From Octopus vulgaris (Eukaryota): DNA of 64,000 nucleotides. Positions 56,526 to 64,000 of this stretch are shown here, in pieces. Each line of letters opens with the position of its first letter. Positions within the stretch are counted from its first letter, which is position 1. The notes beneath the pieces are model-generated. The model ran no database searches, was not told the origin of the DNA, and saw only the letters and a program-made list of their open reading frames with translations. A program made the position numbers and the translations under genes. The stretch is taken from NCBI GenBank assembly GCA_951406725.2, contig OX597834.1:7998001-8062000 (forward strand), written 5' to 3'.

Positions 56526-56530
<5 letters not shown>
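55721..56530 (+). mobile_element. 3' UTR/pLTR of the Penelope-like element
   Basis: Follows the EN stop codon, contains an HHR-like motif and ends at (TA)n. Confidence 0.65.
56346..56386 (+). ncRNA. Hammerhead-like motif with U3-A8 core variant
   Basis: TATTC-TTGACAA-GTCA-tacat-TGAC-GAAA-ACCGGT-T-GAATA. Stems I and II pair perfectly, with one extra A after GAAA. Confidence 0.7.
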
Positions 56531-56583
<53 letters not shown>

Positions 56584-57236
56584 CAGAGAGAAAGAGAAAG
56601 AGAGTGAGATTGCTTGCTAGACAATATACAGATATCTCAAGTCTATATAGAGACCCTCAATTAACCGTTATATTTCTGGGGACGCTACCCATTAGTATGG
56701 TTCCTGAATGACCTAAATCTTTAATAGCTGCACAAAACATGCCTACTGAATACAGAATTACATAATTAAGTTTATCATTTTTTTCAAAAATTAAAACTTT
56801 CAGATATGATGTTCACTATATACATTTGAGATGTCAGTGTAGACTACACTGTACAACAGGATCTTTGCCCTTGGGTATCAACTGTTATTTCCTACTTGTT
56901 TATCCCTAGAAAGTATGGGACATGGCTAATATTTATCTCACACTTCACTTTTGTTAGCATTCTTTCAAACCCGCAAAGAATCCCTCTCAACACAAGGCTG
57001 TGATGCTCCCATATTACTCCTGCTCATCATTAGAGATGCACATATTTTCAGCCACAGTGGTTGAGGTCGGGAAACTGACAAGTAGGTTTGTGATACTGAG
57101 TACAATATTTTCTATAACGATATTTCTGCCTCAGCAACTCAGCGCTGAAACTGCCTTAAATGTAATGGGATAAGGGGCATTTTCAAAATATTGACGTATT
57201 TGTCACAAAAGCAAAGTTGGAAAGGAATAGTATTAA

Positions 57237-57622
57237 CTAGCAGTATCGCCCGGCGTTGCTCAGGTTTGTAAGGGAAATAACTATAAAGCATTTTTAGAGA
57301 GTTATAGCCAAAATATAGCAAAAAAATGGGGAAAAAATGATGGTAAATTTTTTTTTGAGAGTAAAAAAAGGTTGAGTTGCGTCCCCTAGACAGTCTGTGG
57401 TTTGTGTTTCTGATTCTCGACCCCATGTCGAATTTATCGATTTTTTTCAGAACTGGGGGAACTTTTCAAAATTTTCGCTGCGTTAGTTTTGAATTATGAC
57501 ATTGGGCTATGTGTGTGTCAAGTTTCATCAGAATCGGTTGAAAGCCGTGGTCAGGGTGAGGGTACGAGAAAACAGACACACAGAAACACGCACAGACAAA
57601 CTGCCGTTTATATAGAGAGAGA
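57237..57622 (-). mobile_element. Non-autonomous Helitron sharing the 3' end of 41111/48003 but with a different 5' part
   Basis: Minus strand A|TCTCTCTCTATATAAA ... GAGCAACGCCGGGCGATACTGCTAG|T. Confidence 0.85.
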
Positions 57623-59014
57623 TTTCTATTGCTGTCTAGAAATAGGCAAATAAGACATAAAAGGGGAAAATAGAAATTTTGTAAAACTGTTTTATTAAAC
57701 GTGATTCTCCTTTCTTTAAAAATTGAATGTTTGATTTGTCGTAACTATAGCTCTGATTTCTAGTATAGCAAGAAAACTGTGTGAGTAGACATTCAATTAA
57801 ATGTAATTGTTAACGAGAGTACAATTTCATTTTATTCATGTATCTAATTTACATATCTGGGTGATGTAGACTTTGTTTTTGCTGTGAGTTGTTGTCTATG
57901 TCATTCTTGATCATACACTTCTTTTATCCAGCCATGAGCTTCCCAACTTTACGACAGTTTACCCCAGAATAGATTGACCAGCATATTATGCTTTCCTTTT
58001 CAAAGTAAAACGAAATGAACCTCGTTAGTTCTTACTCTATTGTCTTTGAATTATACTCATTATTAAACATCATTAGGGATTGAACGCTAAATGTTGTGCA
58101 ATGTTGCTTGACAAGGAAGGTACCAGTATTTTGGTGGTCTACATTGTTGAAGAACAAGAAAAGAAGGAAGATGATTACGATGGAAAAAATAATGAAGAAT
58201 AGAGAGAGTTTAAAATATAAAACTTGGCAAGATTTAGATGATTAACTAGAGGGAGTATGAGGAGGTGGAAGAAGTGGAAGAGAAGGAAAAGCAGAAGATA
58301 ACGATGATGGTGATGATAATGATGACGATGGTGTTGATGATGATAATAAGGATGGTGCTGGTTATGATGATCACACGAAGGAGTTTAATGAAATAAGAAG
58401 CTAAAGAAAAAAAAATGGCCAAAAATAAATCTAATGAAACCAGAAGAGAATGGAGAAAAAACCGCTGACATTTTATGTTTGAACCTAATTTATCTCGCTT
58501 CTACGGTGAGATAAATAAATAATAATGTTCACTCATCCGTAGTATGTAGCAGATTTGAGTTGTAGGATAAAGAAATATGTTTAATCAGGCGTTACATAAA
58601 TAAAAGGGAAGTAAAACAAAGTACTTCGCGTCGAATAGATGAAACCTGAAAACAGAGAGATAGATGGAAATCGAAAGAAAGGAAAGCAAAATATCCAAAT
58701 TAATTGTTAATTTGTCAAATGGCTTTTAGGGAAACATTTATAATGGCTCAGGGACAATTCCTGAACATAATGACATACTGGCACTAACTCATAGGTTTTT
58801 GTTTCATATATAAAGTTCTTTATCGAGATGTATTTCCACTCAAAGAATCTTTGGTTATTTGTTATATTTAGAACTGATATAATGCTTCTTTAAGCTGGAA
58901 CTCTTAGACTTTCGATTCACTTGCTAGAACGAAGAGCTGAATCTTCCTCAAATCATATGATGCATTATATATATAGACCCATATGATGAAAGTTATCAAT
59001 TATACATGTATCAA

Positions 59015-59200
59015 GGGCGGTAAACTGGCAGGATCGTTAGCACACCGGGCAAAATATTTAGCAGTATTTCGTCCGTCTTTACGTTCTGAGTTCAAATTCA
59101 GCCTTCTATCATTTCGGGTTCGATAAAATTAGTATCAGCTGAACGCTGGGGTCGAACCAATCGACTAGCCAATTCACCCAAATTTTCAGGCTTATTGTAA
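59015..59200 (+). mobile_element. SINE family B, decayed
   Basis: GGCGGTAAACTGGCAGGATCGTTAGCACACCGGGC head. Confidence 0.7.
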
Positions 59201-59647
59201 AAACAAGCTTTCTTTGACAATTCTGTATAAGTGTTTGCCACCCTAATTTCCTTAATGCTCCATTATAACTTTTCAGAAAAATATTTGCCCTATCCGTTTT
59301 TGGAAGGAAACAAAAAAACTGTAGTTTTAATATTTTATCACCAATATTTATTGCAAAAGAATTTACCGGTACTGGTAACTCTTTTATGAAGAACATAGTA
59401 CGAGAGAAAGTACATAAGTGACTAAGAAAAATTGTCACAATTTCATATCCCACTGAAAAAAATAAATATGTTTGAATCCCATGCTACTCTAACACAATAC
59501 GGAATTGTGTAATATGAAACCCAAATTCCTATTAACTTCCATTTTAAACACAGACAGATTCAGAATGGTCTGTCCAACAATATATATTCGAGCATCTTCA
59601 CACATAGGTATGGCAATTTCTAACCATACATACGATGGTATATGTAA

Positions 59648-60068
59648 GGCGGCGAGCTGGCAGAACCGTTAGTGCGTTGGACGAAATGCTTAGCGGTATT
59701 TCGTCTGTCGCCGCTACGTTCTGAGTTCAACTTCCACCGAGGTCGACTTTGCCTTTCATCCTTTCGGGGTCGATTAAATAAGTACCAGTTGCGTACTGGA
59801 GTCGATATAATAGACTTAAACCGTTTGTCTGTCCTTGTTTGTCCCCTCTGTGTTTAGCCCCTTGTGTGCAGTAAAGAAATAGGTATTTCGTCTGTCGCCT
59901 ATACGTTCTGAGTTCAAATTCCGCTGAGGTCGACTTTGCCTTTCATCCTTTCGGAGTCGATTAAATAAGTACCAGTTACGCACTGGGGTGGATATAATCG
60001 ACTTAATCCGTTTGTCTGTCCTTGTTTGTCCCCTCTGAGTTTAGCTCCTTGTGGGTAGTAAAAAAACA
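59648..60068 (+). mobile_element. SINE family B followed by a tandem 5'-truncated second unit
   Basis: GGTATTTCGTCTGTCGCC occurs at about 59695 and again at about 59882. Confidence 0.9.
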
Positions 60069-60500
60069 GGTATATGTAAAGTAGGTATGAAAACAACATC
60101 GAAAGAGAAATACCGAATGGACTAAATACGAAAACAATAATATCGTAGCGGGGGTTGAGTGGTGTCGCAAACTGACAACAATAGAAGCTGATTATATCCC
60201 CACAAAAATGAGTTATTTTTGTTAATTTAATGGAAATAATGAAAACGAAATGAGAAAATGAAAGACACGGAAAAGAATGTCGAAAAGTGGGAGTTATCAT
60301 TACACAGTTATGTTAAATGTAATGACAAGCGTCGAGTCAACTGAATGTGTGTACTCACAAAGATGGAGCAGCAAATTTGTTCCAGAGGTTTTTCTGGTTC
60401 CACATAATGCTATCGTATAGACAGGGATTATACCGTTCTCGTGCAATATGCAAACATATTCAGGTGCATGTTGTAGTAACCACGACGGTTGAGTATTAAT

Positions 60501-60501
60501 T

Positions 60502-60551
<50 letters not shown>

Positions 60552-60892
60552 ATACTAATACTACTACTGCTGTTGTTTTTACTGAGACTACTACTACTAC
60601 TACTGCTACTGCTGCAACTACTACTACTACTACTACTAATACTACTACAGCTGCTGCTGCTGCAACTACTACTACTACTGCTGCTGCTGCTGTTTTACTG
60701 AGACTACTACTACTACTACTACTACTAATACCACTAATACAGCTGCTGCTGCTGCAACTACTACTACTGCTGCTGTTTTTACTGAGGCTACTACTACTAC
60801 TACTACTACTACTACTGCTACTGATGCTGCTGCTGTTTTTACTGAGGTTGCTGTTACAGCTGCTGCAACTATTGCTGCTCCTAATACTACAA
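60501..60892. repeat. (CTA)n/(CTG)n compound microsatellite with recurring GTTTTTACTGAG spacer
   Basis: Directly visible. The spacer recurs about four times. Confidence 0.92.
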
Positions 60893-63800
60893 TGATGAGG
60901 GCCACGACCCCCTAATCGACCGGTTGTGTGTTCGCACGACTTTGTTCAGAAACCAATCGAAATCTAGATCTCAAATTCCCGCCCTTCCCAGTTCTCCTCA
61001 GCTGGGTTCAGCGTTTGTTTTTGAAGTTACTGCCCACAACTTGCCAAATCATGCCAGCGATGCTCTTTTTTAATTTCACAATAATACAGTTAATACATTG
61101 TTCCCGATCCATATTCTTATGTGAAATTGACTTACAATGAAATGTTAAAAATATGATTCTACACATTTCATAATTACCACCGTACTGTCTCTACTCCCCT
61201 ATTTCGCAACCTTATACGTCGTCTCTTTTTATCTTCCACATTATTATCCTAATTACACTGCGTAACAAAATTGTCCACCTTTCTCTTCAAACTTTACTTT
61301 AGTGACACAGAAATCAATATTTTGAAAACGACCGTTTTTCGATTACATTTCAGACATAATCATCACTGAATCGTTGAAGCAGAAATATCGGTATAGCAAA
61401 TATTCTGCTCAATAGCACAGAATTGATTCTCAGTTGCTCGACCTTACCCACTTGATAATATCACTTAGTGACTGACGATATGTACATCTCTTATGAGGAG
61501 TAGTGCGTGGGGAGGGGGCATCATAGCCATATGTTCCGAGGGATTCTTTGGGGTTGGAACAAATTTAATAAAAGCAAAGTCTGAAGGAAATATTAGCAAT
61601 TTTTCATATTTTCTTGATGTAATCATATAAGAAATAACAGTTGCTATCCAAAGACAAAGACAAAAGTGATGACACTCACACGGTGTCATCATTTTTCTAA
61701 CAGTAAGATCAATCGATTTCAGAAGTGTTATTCACTTTATACTTTATTCTTTACCTGTCGATACAGTTCGACCAGAATCAAGATATCCATAATCAGTCCC
61801 CTGGTGTGTCGTGTCGTTTGTCAATGACTCAACTTCGCCCAGGATTTTACCGAAATTGCTTTTGAGGAGTAGCTGTGTGGGTGCCCTTTAGATGGATCGC
61901 ACCTCACACGCTGGTTACGCTAGATAATTACCTGTCTGCGGAATACACAGCCACATACTGTTTCTTTTAATGAGCAGATAGTTTAATTTATCGAACAAAT
62001 AAATACACATCGTCGAAGATGATCGAGGTCCATATTCTGTTTCATGTTATTGTATTTTACTGTTTTCTATTCCAGATAATAATTTGTGTTTTTAATTAGC
62101 CTCAGTCTTAATTTCTCCTTTCTCCCTCACTCCTATTACATTGTAATTTATCTTGCACTCGACATTTCTTTTTTTAATATTCAAATATTTCTTTATTTCC
62201 ACATTTTATTCTTAATTTTCACTTTCTATAAAAATTTTTAAAGCAGTCTTTGAAAGTTTGATCCTCATTAATATTAACTGAATTATTCTTCACTCAACTT
62301 TTTACAAAATCCGCTGCCGATTCAATAGCATTTTCTGGATTGTTTGTTTGTCACGTTGAGTTGATATATTCCATAATGTTATTATCTGCAATTCATTCTC
62401 TTATAGTCATTTTCTTTCCCTTCAGCTCCTGTATTATGGATAAACTGACATTTTCCATTATTAAATCACAGAGTTCATCATCATCATTATACAAACACCA
62501 TTTTTTTTTTCGGTCTCTTTGCCTTTTCAATATTTTTTCCTTCATTTTAGCTGAAGAGTTCTCTTTATTGCTTCTTTGTGTTCTTATCAAATTTAAGGAT
62601 GTTGCTTATGTCTCCAAAGCAATAATGCTCCTGTTAATTGGAATTAAATTCTTTTGTTAAACATCTTTCAAGCATTCTCCTGTACAGCGTTATTCCAACA
62701 AAGCTCGTAATAAAAACAGCAGGTTATGTTTACATGTATTAATCTCGTTTTCACTGTGTTTCTTCTTATTAAATATTTTCCATATTACCATTCCATGTTT
62801 TTTTTTTCGTTCTCTGTTTATACTTCATTCTTTCTATAACGTCAATACTCAAAAGTTGCCATTGTTGAAGCAATGCGCGAGTTACTTCGTACGAAACCTC
62901 AGTAGCATCCGTTTCGTCAATGTCAAATTAAGAAGCCAGCTAAAAGCAATACGCACACAGATTACTGTACGATGTAGTGAGAATGAAAAAGAAAAATAAG
63001 GATATATTAACTACCGCACTAGGTGAATTCCCATGAGTAATGTCCCTTCTAGAGAATGTATATATGTATAACAATCACATATAGGCAATGGAGATTGAAT
63101 TCGATTGATAAGAGATCATCAGCCTGAAACAAGAATTCTTCATAGCTAATGTGCCATTACAGGAAAGATATTCTGGATGTCTAAGGTGAAGCTAGGAAAC
63201 GTGTTTGCACCTAAGAACATGTTGCAAGCACAATAGCTGGTCTACAATGTGTCCAGAAGACTATGATGCTTAAAATATAGATCGCATATATGACTGAGTC
63301 ATTTTAAATGAATTAAACATGAGCAAAGAGTTGTATCTAAGAGTGGGTATACTCAGAAACGCATATACTCTCGTTACTATTTCTATATAGCTTTACGTCA
63401 AGTAAGATGTATTGAATTCTTATCTTATCTTGGGCATTACCTTGCCGGGAACACGGCTCTAAATGGATCAATCGATTTCTTCAATGTCATCGCACTTGTC
63501 ACTTCACTGAACTTTTCAGTACAATCGGTTTTGTCTTTGTTTCAGAAGCGAAATAAATCCAATGTACAAGTGCTCCACTTCCCCAGAAAAGAATGTTCTT
63601 CGATTCGCACACTTGATTCCTCAGGAAATTCGCTTCTAAAATTTTCTTGCCTGATATTTTGCTGCATAAGGGAGAGTTGTTGACGGGGTTTCCGTCCCCT
63701 TTAATCTGTGAAGCAGAAAGTCTGGGATAATATACGTGAATCAGATAACCTTGATGCGATTAGACAGGACAAGTTCATAATCTTGCAAATCGATACCTGT

Positions 63801-64000
63801 CCAGACTGGCAAGCGTTCTGAGTAACAGGCAGGGTTTACTATAATGATGAGGCGTTTCAATATAGTTCTAGCGAACCATTAATGTTGTTATGAACTGAGA
63901 TAACATCATTTCTATGATGTCCAAATTCGATCAAGAAATGAACTGAAACGATAATGCCATTAAAAGATAACCTTTATGTTGCGAATACAAAAAATTTTTC

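Noticed and set aside
62230-62800. Possible decayed LINE ORF on the minus strand
   Set aside because: A-rich with only vague similarity and no diagnostic motif.
63420-63600. Possible mariner remnant on the minus strand (WIYF..ETK, GKVM)
   Set aside because: The motifs are too short and fragmented to support a call.

Overview
AT-rich, microsatellite-saturated animal DNA. The SINE repertoire resembles that of octopus genomes, which is recognition from memory and not a database result. I found no convincing host protein-coding exon, rRNA or genuine tRNA, and nearly all listed ORFs are microsatellite or repeat artefacts. The window contains four tRNA-headed SINE families (here labelled A-D) and a pile-up of R4/Dong-type non-LTR retrotransposon 3' ends in (TAA)n tracts (4.7-8.8 kb). 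It also holds decayed mariner/Tc1, RTE and L1/Tx1 fragments, non-autonomous Helitrons, and Penelope-like element (PLE) remnants, including a GIY-YIG endonuclease ORF. The main signal is a set of hammerhead ribozyme (HHR) motifs from about seven distinct repeat families, mostly in or next to (TA)n tracts. The best example is a 353-bp tandem plus inverted repeat (53.8-54.8 kb) with three identical canonical type I hammerheads, next to the PLE endonuclease fragment. This is a candidate retrozyme that could produce circular RNA. Other families carry a U3-A8 compensatory core variant or sit inside foldback hairpins. Coordinates were read by eye and may be off by a few bases.
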